Assembly: GCA_013265495.1 (NCBI GenBank)
Contig: MU058000.1
Coordinates: forward strand, 1,860,001-1,924,000
Source: Vicugna vicugna
Taxonomy: Eukaryota
Reading direction: 5' to 3'
DNA: 64,000 nucleotides
This document shows, one piece after another, positions 12,961-26,387 of this stretch (position 1 is the first letter of the stretch; every line of letters starts with the position of its first letter). Made by a program: the position numbers and the translations under genes. The notes below the pieces were generated by a model that saw only the letters and a program-made list of their open reading frames with translations, was not told the DNA's origin and did not search any database.

Positions 12961-13966
12961 TGAGAAGTCCATTGGATGGAGAGTGGCATTTTTGGTCACC
13001 ATGGGAACAAGGAGGAAGTTCTTCTAATCCACAGAAGCCTTTTGAGCTACCTTGAAAAGGTCACCTACAAGAAAGCGTACTTAAGCTGTAGGTGAGGACA
13101 GCAGCCAGGGTAGAAGTAAGTCTGTCCTTCCCACAGTGACTGTCCGTCATCACAAGAGGTCCACATGATTTACTCCAAGGGAGAAAGATCCAGAGCTTTC
13201 ATTCACTGGATTTCTTTCCAAGAAAAAAAAAAAAGGTGGTGAAACAACTCAGAATATTGGCCAAAACAGATATGTTAGTTTTAGTCAACCTGTGTGATCA
13301 ATCTTTTCAAAAAGATTATTGGATTCTGCTATAATTCGTTTTATCTGCTAATGTATAAGAATAGTTCTCCTATCTCAAAATGAGCGGGGGTTGGTGGGAC
13401 TCCCTTTTCCTCCCACTTTTCTTACAAATGGCCAGACTTACCCTTCCTTCCAATGATCCACACTAAACAGATCCTCCCTGGATGCCTGGACAATTCAGAT
13501 CAGATGCACAACTGAAGCTAATTCCTTCCCGGGAGTAAGTGGGTTTGCTGTAGGGAGGACACTGTCTGGGCTTGAGGTTACAGGTGCAGACGTAGGAAAG
13601 TGTCAGAGGAATAAGACAGGTCTCATTAGCTGGAAGTGGCTGAATTTTTTTCATTACAATAATAGTAAGGTCATATGTCTGATTTAGAATTCATACTGCA
13701 TATTGGTTAGATTTAATTATCAAAGGCAGTTTGTCAAGTCACTGGCAAATTTTATCAAGTGCCATCACCATCTGAACTCACAGTGGCAAACAAAATCTTT
13801 GCAGTCTGTTATCTCTCAAGGTGGACGCCTGGCTGTTGTGGTCACCATGAGAAATACTAACATACAGCCTCCTTGGAGAACAGGAAAAGTGGATTCTTGG
13901 GTATATGAAATTAAATACTTAGGCAGATTAACTATTTTGCCTTTTGTAGTTAACCAGGGCTCTCTG

Positions 13967-13973
<7 letters not shown>

Positions 13974-13997
<24 letters not shown>
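13974..13997. repeat. (CA)12 microsatellite
   Basis: Direct reading; preceded by a short (TC)n tract. Confidence 0.95.
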
Positions 13998-13998
<1 letters not shown>

Positions 13999-14774
13999 CT
14001 TTACTTGTACATTACTGAACTTCACACTGCTAAGAGATGTAAACAGTAAGCCCCTCACCCGTTCACTGTAATAGTAAAAAGAGAGAAAGATGACATCATT
14101 GAATTCTGTTCTCTAGAAAATGAGCTGCTTCTTTCAAGCCCTCTTTAGACCCTTCTGATGGCGAAAGTCTCCAGGCTGCCTCCTTGGAGCCCTGATGCTG
14201 ATCGGGCTTAAGCGCTCAAAAGAGTCTGGCAGCTTAAGAACGTGGTCTCTTTATTCTGTCCTGTCCACGGCTGTGCCGGTGACCCTCTAATCCCACAGCT
14301 TTAGGCTGAGTTGTGGTGAGGGGAGAAAGTGCCACTATTCTCGTGGGAACAAGAAGAGACTTTCTTTCACTGCTGCTTGCTATTAAAAACAAGCCAGACC
14401 TGGACAACATATGTTTGCTTTCCGGTCTGCCGACTTAGCATGTCAACATCTTCACGATGATTCTTCTGCACAGTTAGCTTGTGCCCCAAATCTATGAGTC
14501 ACAATACCTGAAAGGATTTTGTTTGTTGGTTTTGTTTGTTTTTGTTTCTTTCATTTGTAACTTCACAGGCAAACATTTTGTTTCAGAACAACTTAAGGTT
14601 ATAGTATGATGTGAATTATAACAGTTTTCTCTACAGCCACTTTTATCATTATGGTGCGAGAGTATTCTGATATTCATTTCCTATTAGGTTGCAATAGTAT
14701 TTTCACATCTTCATAAGTAACTAGTAAAAACCGTTGGTCTGTTAGAGCTGAATCTTTTGTTCTGACTTGATTTT

Positions 14775-14885
14775 TCCCTCTTCTCTCTCTCCCCTCCTTT
14801 CCTTCCTCCTCTCCTTCCCTCATTCCCTCTCCCTCTTTTTTCCTCCTCCTCCTCTTCCTCCTCTCTTCCTTCTTCTTTTTCTTTC
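14775..14885. repeat. Polypyrimidine (CT/CCT/CTT) low-complexity tract
   Basis: Near-pure C/T run; source of the E/G/R-rich pseudo-ORF 14711-14953. Confidence 0.9.
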
Positions 14886-15089
14886 CAAAGTAGTAAGGTG
14901 TTATTTGACACAGAAATATGTGTATGTGCCATGTGTATAAGGGTTCCTTGCACTGGAATCTTTATTACTATCTGTGAAATATTTCTACATGTATATCTGT
15001 TTAACGTTGATGGTTCCTTCTTCCGAACTTTTTAAACTGAATTGGAAATAACAACAATGTAGAATACTACATCTTCTGTGATGCCGAGA

Positions 15090-15580
15090 ACATTGGCCCT
15101 AAAGGGGACAACTGAACAAAGAAATGAAGGCAGGGAAACAGATGTTACTAGGCTGGAGAGGATGTAACTGTTGGATGGAGAGAAATACTGGACATATGCA
15201 GAGGCAGACTGAAGACAGATTGAGAAACTTTGCATGTCAGGTTAAGTGATGTCAGATCGTTCTACCTGTCACAGAGCATCATGGTAGCTCTTTGATAAAC
15301 AGAGGAGCTTAATCCTTTTTGCTTGGATAAAAAATTCAAATTTGATGACAGGAAGACTCTGTAAGTGTGTCTTCATATCTTTAAGTTGAGCTGTCTGGGA
15401 GACTAAGGGCAGGTAGGTGAGAAAGATACAGATTAGAGCAAATGCCAGTTACAGGCTAGAAGGAGAGAGCCTCAAGAGGAAGACCAGTTAAGAGGCGACT
15501 ACAAAAATTTATGCAAGTGCCAGTGAAGGTCTTAACCAGCAGAGATAGTACTTGACAACCGATAGTGAAGGGTCAGAGAG
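15090..15580 (-). mobile_element. L2 LINE fragment
   Basis: Purine-rich L2 antisense-like text 'ggaagaccagttaagaggcgactacaaaaatttatgcaagtgccagtgaaggtcttaaccag'. Confidence 0.55.
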
Positions 15581-15582
15581 GG

Positions 15583-15945
15583 TATCTCACTGAGCTGGAG
15601 CTGCCATAAGAAAATGCCATAGACTGGGTGGCTTAAACAAAGACATTTATTTCCTCACCGTTCTGGAGGCTGGGAAGTCCAAGGGCAAGGTGTAGGCTAA
15701 TCTGGTTTCTGGTGGGGACTCTTTTCCTGGCTTGCAGATGGCAGCTTTCTGGATGTGTCCTCACATGGCAGAGACAGGGAGCAAGCTTTCTGGTGTCTCT
15801 TCTTAGAAGGATGCTAACCCAATCAGATCAGGGCCCACCCTTATGATCTCATTTAGCCTTAATTACCTCCTCATAGGCCTTATCCCCAAATACAGTTACA
15901 TTGGGTGTTAGGGCTTCAATATATAAATTTGGGGAGAGGGACGCG
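15583..15945 (-). mobile_element. MaLR solo LTR, MLT1A-like
   Basis: 'gctgccataagaaaatgccatagactgggtggcttaaaca...ttctggaggctgggaagtccaag...gggcccacccttatgatctcatttagccttaattacctcc...gttagggcttcaa'. Confidence 0.9.
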
Positions 15946-17504
15946 TTAATAGTGGAAGGGAAGAAACCTGATCCAGCTGCTCTCTCTTCAGACTTTTTCT
16001 GTGTCACTAAGTCCAAATTTGGGAGTTATATGTAATGTTTAACGGTTCGTTCTAATTTTACAAGTATTAGAGAGAATGCTAATTAATATTTGAAAGCTAT
16101 GTTTAACGTTGGAAATGATCTGTGTAGTAGTGAAATAAGTCTTATGAGTACAGGACAAAAATAGGGAAATTTGGTTAGTTATTTCAGGAAATCCAGAGGC
16201 AAAAGGATTCTCCTCCTCTGTGTAACAGTTTACCTTTGTAACCTGGTGATGGCTGTGCACTTTACACCTGCCAACTGGCCTCACCTCTAAGGAGCTCACT
16301 AAGCTCCTCCTAGTCTGCAGATTTCAGGTCAGGAGAACAAGTGGCCTTATAGCTCCATAATGCAGGGAAATCATGTAGCACTTTTATTCCCATACTGCAT
16401 TGGCTCTCTGTAGGCAGAGCCTGAAGATCAATTGAGATTCTGTGGTTCCAAAACCCCACTTGGGGACGGCTTGTTAGTCACATGGGAAAGTTCAAGGAGA
16501 GGATTTGAATCCTTTGGTCCCCCACTCCCTCCAGGCTCGAGATGATCTGGCAGGAAATTGTGTCTGGGCTCAGAACCCACAGTTCATCCTGAGACCCGTG
16601 TTTGATGGCTTCTTCCCCCTGTTTCTCATGAGGAGGGCAGTGGTGGGTGTGCCAGGAGCAGAAACACGTATGCAGCTGGTGGTCTGAGTTTTAAAGCATG
16701 CTTTCAAAGCTAAATGCTGGTCTTCACTGCCAATATCACTGGCTGAAAGTAAACAACAGTTGGACTGGTTTGCTCTAGGCTTAGGGCAGTGTTTATGAGT
16801 CCAAGCAATTCAAAATGCTAGTAGAATCCTGAATCCTTCCAACTCAGGCACAAGATCATACATCTGATCTTGGATATAAACAGTAACTAATGTGACAGTT
16901 TCTCAACCACTCTACTGTCATTCCACACAACCTGCATTTTTAAGACCTTTCAACATGTGCATTATTTCCAGAATTTCTCTGATTTAAAGGTGTGATATTT
17001 TGCAAGAGGCAGAGGTGTTTATTCAGTGGCTCCCTAATGCGCTCTTCCCCACCTTCTCGAGAACTGAACTGGTCTGAGCTGCTAATAGGCAAATGGCATT
17101 AGAATCAATTGAGGGGAAACAATACTTTAAAATTTCGTTTGAAACACAGAGGTATATCTCTACTAAGTGAGCATTTATCTCCAGTACTTTGAGTGCCCCA
17201 GGATAAAATGCACGTTGCTAGAACAGCTAAATTGTAGTAATCTCATCAAATCTATCAATTCTTGGTACTTGATACAGAATTTATAGTACAGTGCATAGAA
17301 GTATGAGTAAATTTTAATTTTTTTCCTGTTGCTTATTGGCCTAAGTTTGCATGATTGGGTGGAGGGAATTATCAGAAAAACAGCCATTGATTTGGGGATT
17401 ATTAAATTAAATTCTGCTACACAAGCCATGCATTCAGTCTTGAGTATATTACATGTGTATTTTACAACAGGTTTTTTTTTCAATTATTATTAAGCAGAGT
17501 TTAC

Positions 17505-17777
17505 TATATACACACACACACACACATACATACATATATATATGTATATTTTCTTTGGCATAAGATTTATATATATACATATATACACATATACATATAA
17601 AAGACATATTAAAAATACCAGTGTATGTGTATATATATATATATAAAGAAATCTTATATGTATATAAAAGACATATAAAATACCAGAATATATATATAGT
17701 ATGAAATCTTATATATGTATATAGTTTTTATATATCTTTTATATGTGTATATATATAAATATTATACCAGAGAAAAT
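17505..17777. repeat. (CA)n/(TA)n complex repeat containing an imperfect inverted repeat
   Basis: (CA)n then TA-rich units; 17548-17615 is approximately the reverse complement of 17725-17777. Confidence 0.85.
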
Positions 17778-18579
17778 TTAAAGTGAATATAAGGTTGAGG
17801 ATATTTGCCCACCTTTACTAATAGCAAATAAATTGGAATCTGGCCATTTCACCCTGATGGCTTGTTTCAGTATTAAAGTCAGGGGATTTTTACTCTAATC
17901 CTGGTAACATCCTCCCTGTCTCGATGTACTCTGCCTTGTTTTATTGGATTGCTTGGGGTAAAATATTAATTAAAGGTGAGAGATGAGGAAGTGAAGCAGT
18001 AAATATTTATAATTCTGTTGAGGATTTTTGTTATAAAGAGGAAATGAAAAAGGAAGTAATAGCTGGAGGGGATATAGAATCAAGAGAGGTTTTGCTTTAC
18101 GTCGAATGTTTTTTGCTTTGTTTTTTAAATTTTTGCTTATTTATTTATTTTAAGGTGAGCTGTTCTCCAGCAAGTTGGTGTTCTGCAGAAGCAAACTTTA
18201 GAGTAAATGAGAGAGGAATCCAGCCTGCCACTGCAGTAGAAGAGCTAACAATTGTCCCATTGTCTTTTAACAGTTACAGTCTTTCCCCTTGGTTGGCTAT
18301 TATTCCCTACATGTTAATTTGTGGATATAGTTCCAGGCCCCATTATTTAAATCTGCCCCATTTCATGCCAACAAACTTATTTATACCTCAATCTTACATA
18401 TAAGATTAAGTCACAAGATGAATGAAATCTAAAATATCTCACTTGAGCTGTCCTAAGATGTCCATCGCTCACGTGACCTTGTTCGTGACCAAGCCTGCTG
18501 AACTTCAGAGACCACAGTGGCGGGGAAGGGAGATGGGCTCGGGCAGGGACTCAGACGTGGCATGGCTTCCTGGAAGGCT

Positions 18580-18780
18580 GCTGACACTGGGCCAAGGTGT
18601 TCCACAGGCAGCACTTCATCTAACCGTTCCAGAAGCCATGCGAGAGACTCAACATCCCCGTCTTACTGAAGATGAGACTGAGGTTCAGAAGTGTGGAAGG
18701 ACTTGCTAGTGGTCTCACTACTTGGAAGTGTTAGTTTTAAAGTTAACTCAAGTATCCCTGTTTCCTCCAAAGGCTGGCCT
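18580..18780 (-). mobile_element. MIR SINE fragment
   Basis: 'catccccgtcttactgaagatgagactgaggttcagaagtgtggaaggacttgc'. Confidence 0.65.
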
Positions 18781-20829
18781 TCGTCCTGTTTCTCTCACTA
18801 ATAAACAAAGCTTTGCAGGGCAATGGGAGGGGACAGAATTTGGCCTGCCAGGGACTAGAGTGTGGCACTTGGCTGACTGGTAATAGATAAAGGACAGTTA
18901 ACTACTGACATTTAACTGTTTTTCCCCACTTACTATTAACTTTTAAAAAAATTAGAGAAGACAAGCCGATGAGCTGTGGAACAAGTATTAACATCTTCTC
19001 AACATGCTGTAATCATAACCAGCTCTCCAAAATAATGACCAAACTTTCTAGTACTTGGATACCATTTGATATACGCAGGGCCCTGTTATTCAAACTTCAG
19101 TATCTATAAAATGTTAGTAGCATCACTCTCTCAGATTTGTAAAGCTCATTTACAACAGTCTGTTCTCTAAATTTCATCACTGTAAAAAAAGAAGAAAGAA
19201 CTAAAAATATGAGGCAACATACACATTGCATGCCATATGTCAATGCAGAATCTTGGAAGCATAGCCACCACCCCAAGTATCCTCTTTAGAACAACAATAA
19301 TCCTGGAGCTCATTTTCTTAAAGAACTGGAGGCAGAACAAAATTCTCATGTTAAATACCTCAATTCAGTACAGCAAAATCATTCAGACAACTTATGAATG
19401 AGTGAGTGAGTGAGAGAATTTCTTGAATAATCCAAATGTCATTGCTCTTCTTTCTGTTCTCCATTGCCAGGGAGCCAGCCGCCTTCTAACTTCTGTAATA
19501 TTTGTAAGACATGCTTAGAAAGTCTTCCTTAACATTTTACTTCTGACAGATGCGTTGTGATCACGTATCGTTGGACTCAAATAATTAACATAATAGAAGA
19601 AATATGTGGATTTGAGAAATACTTTTTTTTTGTCTTTAGGATAAACCTTGGGAAACTTTCAAGGACACTGGATTTTTTTCTTGTAAACAATTTCAGCTTT
19701 CATTTATCTGACTGCCAAGAACCCGGGCTACTTCAGTGAACTGAATGGAAATTTACTCTTCAAAATTAACTCTTTGGGACTATGGTTTATTACTTTACTG
19801 CCAAGATAAAATCAATATTCAACAAATGTAAATCCATTTTCTAGCTTTACATCATGCTTTGCTTGGAATCAAAGATTTTTAGAGGGCTATGCACCTAAAG
19901 AATTATCGTGTTCGATCACTTCAGTCTGTGAAAGTGAGAAATCCCAAGGGGAAAAAAAAGGATGTGATATGTTTTGTTCTAAATCACAAAGCAGGGAAGA
20001 GGCAGAGTTGAGACTAGAACCACTTGCTAACTTTAGTGCTGAATTCACTCCTCCTTAGTACTCCTTAACTGTCACGACAGATTTACAGATGAAATGATGA
20101 GATTTTAGTGAAGAATGCAAAAGTACAAAATGTTTAGAAATAAACAATATTATCAAGTGAGGCTTTGTTCATGTCTTCGACTCTTTCTTACGAAAAAGCC
20201 CAACATCATTGCTTTATATTCAACTTACCTAATAACTTTAAGCTTATCCTGAGAATGTAACCCTCAGTCTGTAAATTCCTTTCACCAAAGGCCTTTCATC
20301 TAGGATGGCATTTTCATGATTGATTTGTAGGTTAGTTCTGATCATGCCCTCAAAGCAAGCCAAATAAGTATGCTATTGTAATATGCATTCATTGATGGCA
20401 TGCCAGGAAGAGAAAATTGTAGTACATTCCACTCTTATTTCTTACACTTGAGTTTATCTCTTCTTAATTGCTTGGGAGTCAGCTAAAACCTAGGGTGCCA
20501 CTAAGTTGTGATATGGTGGCTTGACAAATGAGAGTCACTTTCCACAGTGAGAAATTAGGCTGTGGTGAGGAAGCCAGGGCTCTCAGGCTCCCCACTCAGC
20601 CTTTCTTGAGTGTCCACAGTTGCCGGCTTCCTAACCTGATGCTTTTTCCTCCAGCTTCTTGGGAACCTTCTTGATTTTTTCCAGTCCATAAAGTAGACCT
20701 CTGAATTCTCGCATCCCTGCAGGAGCCTTAAAATTTAATTTAACTAAGTCAGTTTTACGTTGATGCTAAGGAACTCTTCCTGGATAGTAGAAAAATATTT
20801 ATATATAAAGAAAATCTTCAAAATAACAA

Positions 20830-21140
20830 AAATGTACTAAACATCCCATCTTCAGGGAATGTTTAAGTATATTCTTGTACAGTCTTTCAATGAGATTTAC
20901 ATAACTATTTAAAAAGTTTGTAAAGATGACAATATGATAGAAAAATGTTTGTTTCTTATAAAGTGAAAAAAGCACAACCCACGAATTTATATCAGTATGA
21001 TAATTACAGAATAAAAAAAAACCTGCATAAAACTGCTGGAAGAATTTACACAAATATATTGGCAGTATTTTCGTATGGGTAGTGGTATTTTGGAATGATT
21101 TAAAAGTACGTCCTACTTTCATATATTTGTCAAATTCTAT
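20830..21140 (+). mobile_element. Old L1 (L1ME-like) 3' fragment
   Basis: 'aagtgaaaaaagca...tcagtatgat...ctggaagaatttacacaaatatattggcagt...gggtagtggtatt'. Confidence 0.6.
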
Positions 21141-21390
21141 TTAGTTATTCATTCAACAGATATTTATAGAACACAAAATAGGTATCAGATTCCCTTTAAA
21201 TGTTGCAGACAGAATTATGATTGAGCCAAGAAAAGGAGTTAGCTTACTGCTTCCAGGGACTAAAGAAAAAATGAACATTTCAAGTGCAACCAGAGCCCAG
21301 TGACCTAAGTACGATGATGGGATGACCTAGATTTTGTTAAGAGAAGCAAAGGAAGAGCATCCCCAAGTTTGGAAGGAGGTTAAGGAGGGG
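21140..21390 (-). mobile_element. L2 LINE 3' end
   Basis: 'ttattcattcaacagatatttatagaacac' is the antisense L2 tail. Confidence 0.6.
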
Positions 21391-21472
21391 AACATTGACC
21401 AGGATGCCTTCTGCTGCAAGTAACAGAAACCATGCTGCAAAATGTTTTTAAAAATAAGAAATATGTTGATTC

Positions 21473-21724
21473 AGATGGATTGAACTGTGATCCTGAAAAC
21501 TGTATGTTGAAGTCCTAACCTCTCTACATATCACTTTTATTTGGAAATAAGGTTTTTGCAGATGTAATCAAGTTAATCAAGTTAAAGTGAGGCCATTCTG
21601 GATTAGGGTGGGCCCCAAATCCAATGCCTGGTGTCCTTAGAAGGAGCGAGAGATTTGGAGAGAGACCCAGAGGAAATACACACACACAGAGGGAAGCAGA
21701 TCGTGTGAAAATGGAGGTGGGAGT
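21473..21724 (+). mobile_element. MaLR LTR 5' portion, MLT1B/C-like
   Basis: 'tatgttgaagtcctaacc...ttatttggaaataaggtttttgcagatgtaatcaagtta...ggattagggtgggccccaaatccaatgcctggtgtcctt'. Confidence 0.85.
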
Positions 21725-22779
21725 CCTGACCGCCGCCCTGAGTGATGACCTTGGGTACAAACACTATCCAGAGTATCCAAGGATTAGTGAGAAGAGAGTT
21801 TGAGCCAATTCATGAAATATCCGCACCCTTGGCACCGTCAGGAAGTGCCACTCACCCCACCCCACCCCACCATTTCTCCATATTTTAGATAGTAATCTTT
21901 TTTTTTCTTTATTGTCATTGTTTTTGTTTCTGCTCTGCATCCTCCTGTCCTCTACTTAAGGACTGTGCTTGATCATGCTTCCCTGCCTTGCGGGAGGCAC
22001 AGGGCGAGATGAAAATCAGAAGAGCACACAATATTTTGGCTTTGCTTTGAAAGCCTGATTCCTCAGGAAAACTGAGGGAGCGTATTCGTGGATACCATAC
22101 AAGGAGAGCGGGTGGGATTCCTGGACATGCACAGAGTCCCTTGATGATACAGGAGAGAAGGAGGATTTCCACTAACTAGAAACATCTTCCCCAGGCAGTG
22201 AGACAGAAGAAGGAGGGAATGAAGTAAGGAGGGAGGGTCGGAGGCAGATAGAGACCTGAGGGATTGAAGTGGGAAAAGAGAACTCACATCAAATATCTTT
22301 CTGCTTAAAAGCACCGTCAGGGAGACGTCAAGATTCTAAAACCTGTACATAACTATGGCATACATCTGGGCAGACAGCAGAACCATAGGCACTCCCAAAA
22401 GTCCGTAGACCCTCGGCAGGAAAGGAATTAGCAGAACTCTCGTGGACTTGAAGCCGCCATGCTGACAAGCACAAGGACGTTTCCATTCAACCCTTGTGAA
22501 CCGATGGCTGAGGACTGACGGAGTTCCCCTTACTCCTTGATGCCACACCTCATCATAGCATGGGACTCCACATCTGTCTGTTAACTTGATTGGGAAGCAA
22601 ATTGGGAAAGGGAGAGTTAATTTTTCATCCTGCTGCCTAGATGAATAATAATAATAAAAAATTATATCGTTTGCACATCTGAACCTGTGGACTAAAATTT
22701 ATATCCAATGCCATTTTAAATGACCATATTAGCAACTGTTTTAAGTTCAGTGCCCTTATCTGGAATTGTACCATATTTT

Positions 22780-23250
22780 TCTCTTAGCTTGTCTTAACCA
22801 GCTAACAGGAAAATTACAGCTTAAGCAAACAGATTTTTGTTTGTTTTGTCATTTGTCCATTTTTCTCAAAATAGTAAGAGGGAGACATTTTCAGGCTGAG
22901 CCCATGATTCAGGGATGTCCTCTGGCACCCAAGCATGTTACTTTCGCCATGCCTCCTTTGTCGGTATCACTATCATGCTCGTCATGTCATTATCACAACC
23001 TCAGACCTCGTGTTCACATACAAAGCAAGTATAAACGAGAAGGCAGGTGCAGCTATGCCCGAACCTCTTTATTAGAGAAGAAAAAGATTTCTCAGGAAGC
23101 TCCAGTTCATCTCATTGGACATCTAATGCTATGCCTCCCTGTGAGTGAGATTGGAGCTGACTCTATGGCTCTAACAAATAAAATCAGGGTTATATTAGTA
23201 AGAAAATCTTGGTGAATGGCTATGGACTATGCAACTGACAGTGTTTCCAA
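22780..23250 (-). mobile_element. MaLR LTR, MLT1K/L-like
   Basis: 'aaaatcagggttatattagtaagaaa...gaatggctatggactatgcaactgacagtgtttcca' end motif. Confidence 0.6.
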
Positions 23251-25849
23251 GTCACTAGTGGAGAAATAAGACAAGGGAGAAAAAAAACCCTTTCCTAATT
23301 GTTTCCTATTACTTGTCAACAGTCTCCCTCATTCACAAGCCCACAGTTTACTGAGACACAGCAAGGACAGGACAATAAACTGAGTAACTCAGTACGGCTG
23401 TGTGTTGATGATGGATTCCATGTCCATTCTATGATTGTTTTCCCACTGCCATCTCTGTTTATCAAACACTGATGGGTATCAGACCTCTAAGCCCCTAATA
23501 AAAAAAAGGAAGAAAATCTTGGCTCTTTTTCTGTTTATTTTTTATTTATACTCTTTGAATTAAAATAAGCTTTAGCTGTGAGGCTAAGCCATATTCCATC
23601 AGGGTTGGTGAGATTCGATAATACTGGACAAATCCTAAACGGAGAAGGTACACTTGGAGGCTGCTGCTGAAGCCTCAAGGCATAACGGCATAAATCCCTC
23701 TCTAGCCATTCCCATATGTGAGGAGACACAGCAGGGACGGTGGGGCTTGGGACCGTCCTCTCAACAGCCTATTCAGCGCCCTCTCATTGATGAGGGTGTG
23801 TTAGGATCTACCACACTTTGGCCAAAATGCCTTACAAAAGTGCAAAGTACAGGCGAGTAGGAGGAAAGAGATGGTGTGATTTTGCCAAGTCCCTCTCCCT
23901 AAGCTATCCAACAGCAGTGATGGATGTCCGCTCTCAAATTAAAACTAATAAAACATAAGTCCATATATTTTACTCCTTGGGGAAAAGGACAGAAAAGTCC
24001 AGTAAAATCTATGTCCTACTCTTGACTTACTTTGGCATTTACCTTTAAGCCTCAGGTCACATTTTTCTGATGAATACCACGGCCTTCTTTGAACATGTAG
24101 ACCCTCTAACCATGGCCTCAATATGTTAGATCACCTTTAATGTATTTTTTTATTTATTGGCCTCTATTCAGATTCAAGCCATGATGAGCAGATATTCTCA
24201 CTCTAAGTTGTGTATACGTGTGTTGTGTGTGCGGTTCTAGAATACTTAAGTTACACTTATTCATTCATCAACTTTTTAATTCAATCACCAAATACTTCTT
24301 TAATATCCACTTATATCCTTGGTGCTGCAGATGGTGTGGTCAGCAGACAAAGGAGGGTTCTGGCCCAAAGGATACAGCTCTTTGTGCACCACACAGCCTG
24401 GCACCGATCAGAACTTGTGAACATCACCCTTCCTCCCCACACACAGATTTAGTGCCTCACTTCATCTAGATTTTCTCCCACCAGTCTCTCCCCAACACTT
24501 GTAATTATGAGCAGAAGACCCATCTTCATCAGATTCAGAATAAGAGATGAAATAAGAAAAAGTAGGCCAATGGTCTTACAAATATAACTTGATTTTAAGT
24601 TCCACAGTCAGTGATGGCATATCCTCAAGTTTCTGTAGCCCCAGAATCTTCCACATGAATTCTGTTCCAAAAATACATATCTTAGAAATTAAACTCATTC
24701 TGTAGTGCTTGGAATTTGTTGCATTTTTATGTGTCTGCTTGCCCTATTCCTACATTCTTTATTCATTTCTTTAACAAATATGTCTATACTTACCAGGAAA
24801 CTTGAAGGATTATAAAAGAGTTGCCATACAGGATACTTTGCAGTTTTCAATTTCGATGATTAGAGTCATCTTGAAGACAGAACTTTGGTTAGAATGGCAA
24901 AGGTGGGAGACAGATTGCAAGGGTTTCCAAGGAGAAGAAAAGAGTGAAGCAAGGAATCATCAGGCAACCTCGACCATTCAGTGAGTTGTCCAAAGAGCAG
25001 ACCTCAGTGTTCTAATGAGCTTTGAGGTGTACACGTTTCACCCTTCTCTTCGACTGACTTGAACTTGGTTTTGAAAGCTGTTTTCACTGAGCTATGTGCC
25101 TCAATTCTTCTCACTCCTACTTTTAGTGATCAAAACACTCTATCTGGCCTGTTTGGTTTGTATCTCATAAGAAACACAAACTCTTTTCAGTAGAACTTCC
25201 CTCTTTGTTTTTATTTTGTCCTTATTCAAAACCCCATCACTCTGGACAAGAGAAATATAAATCCCACAACCTGCTCCTGGGTCGTTTCAACACACTCAGT
25301 CTCAAGCCTCCATCTTCACTGATATTTAATTGCCAATAAGAGGAATTTATTCAAGAAAGCCAGCTTCCCAGAAGCTTTTGTTAACCTGCTTTAGAGCTCT
25401 TGTGTCATTTGATGCTAACTTAAAGAATTCTAAGTTTGAGTTAAATGTGTAGAAATATTTAGACAAGTCCCCAAACTGAGTAGTTTTAAAGTATATTTGC
25501 ATCACAGCATAATTCTCTTATTTGAAAAATGGAAAACATTTCAGGATTGTCTTCAATAAGGACTTCAGATTAATCCAAGAAGAATGGTTAAGAATAATTT
25601 GTTTTTCTAGAGCTGAAATGACCTCAGGATATTATCTAATTGAACTGCCACCTTTAGGCAATAAGTGATTATTACATTTTATAGAATGCAACTGAGGCAG
25701 TCAAGGTTAAAAATTTGCTGAAGGTCACAGCAGGGTTTTCTAGTCATTGAATATTTCTGGTCCCCCTTTCTTTTTTTCTTCATCATTCTAACTTTTTTAT
25801 ACTGGAAAAACTCACTTTATGACCTCAGATTAACTTTATCTGACACCTT

Positions 25850-26005
25850 GACTTACCTCTCACAAGCTATACAGGCTTCTGCAATCTGCTTAACTTGTTA
25901 ACTTAAATTTCCTTATTTTGCAAAATGAGAACAACTTTTATTTTGAAAGGATGCTGTGAGGATTGGAAGTTACAGATGTAAAGCCCTTTGAAAAAGATGC
26001 TCGAA
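25850..26005 (+). mobile_element. MIR SINE fragment
   Basis: 'tttccttattttgcaaaatgagaaca...ggatgctgtgaggattggaagttacagatgtaaagccc'. Confidence 0.65.
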
Positions 26006-26019
26006 TACTGATTGTCATA

Positions 26020-26200
26020 TTTATGTTATTGAACACACAGTATTTACTGAGTACTGAGTGTATGAAACAATACCAGACATTAGGATCATAGGATGAATAA
26101 GACACAGCCCTGCGTAAGAGAATCACATAGCTTCAGGGAGGAGAAAGAAACAACATATAATTACTATGCAATACAAGATGAAAACTTCTTTAAAAGGTGC
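26020..26200 (-). mobile_element. L2 LINE 3' end
   Basis: 'tatttactgagtactgagtgtatg...ccagacattaggatcataggatgaataagacacagccctgc'. Confidence 0.7.
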
Positions 26201-26311
26201 CATGAATTTACCCGAGTTGCATAAACTCAGCCCTTCTTGACTTCTGTGTTGGTAGTCAGATGACATCTAGACATGAGTAGGAACCTGCTTTAAGAATTTT
26301 ATGAGTTTCCC

Positions 26312-26387
26312 ATAAAATCCCTAGAAGAAAACATAGGGAGTAAGATCCTTGACATCACTCTTGGCAAGTACTTTTTTGGATTTGACT
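26312..26387 (+). mobile_element. Isolated internal L1 ORF2 fragment
   Basis: 'aaaatccctagaagaaaacatagggagtaagatccttgacatcactcttggcaagtacttttttggatttgac' resembles the ORF2 'LEENIG..L.DI.LG..F' region. Confidence 0.7.

Noticed and set aside
14711..14953. E/G/R-rich ORF
   Set aside because: It is the translation of a polypurine simple repeat.
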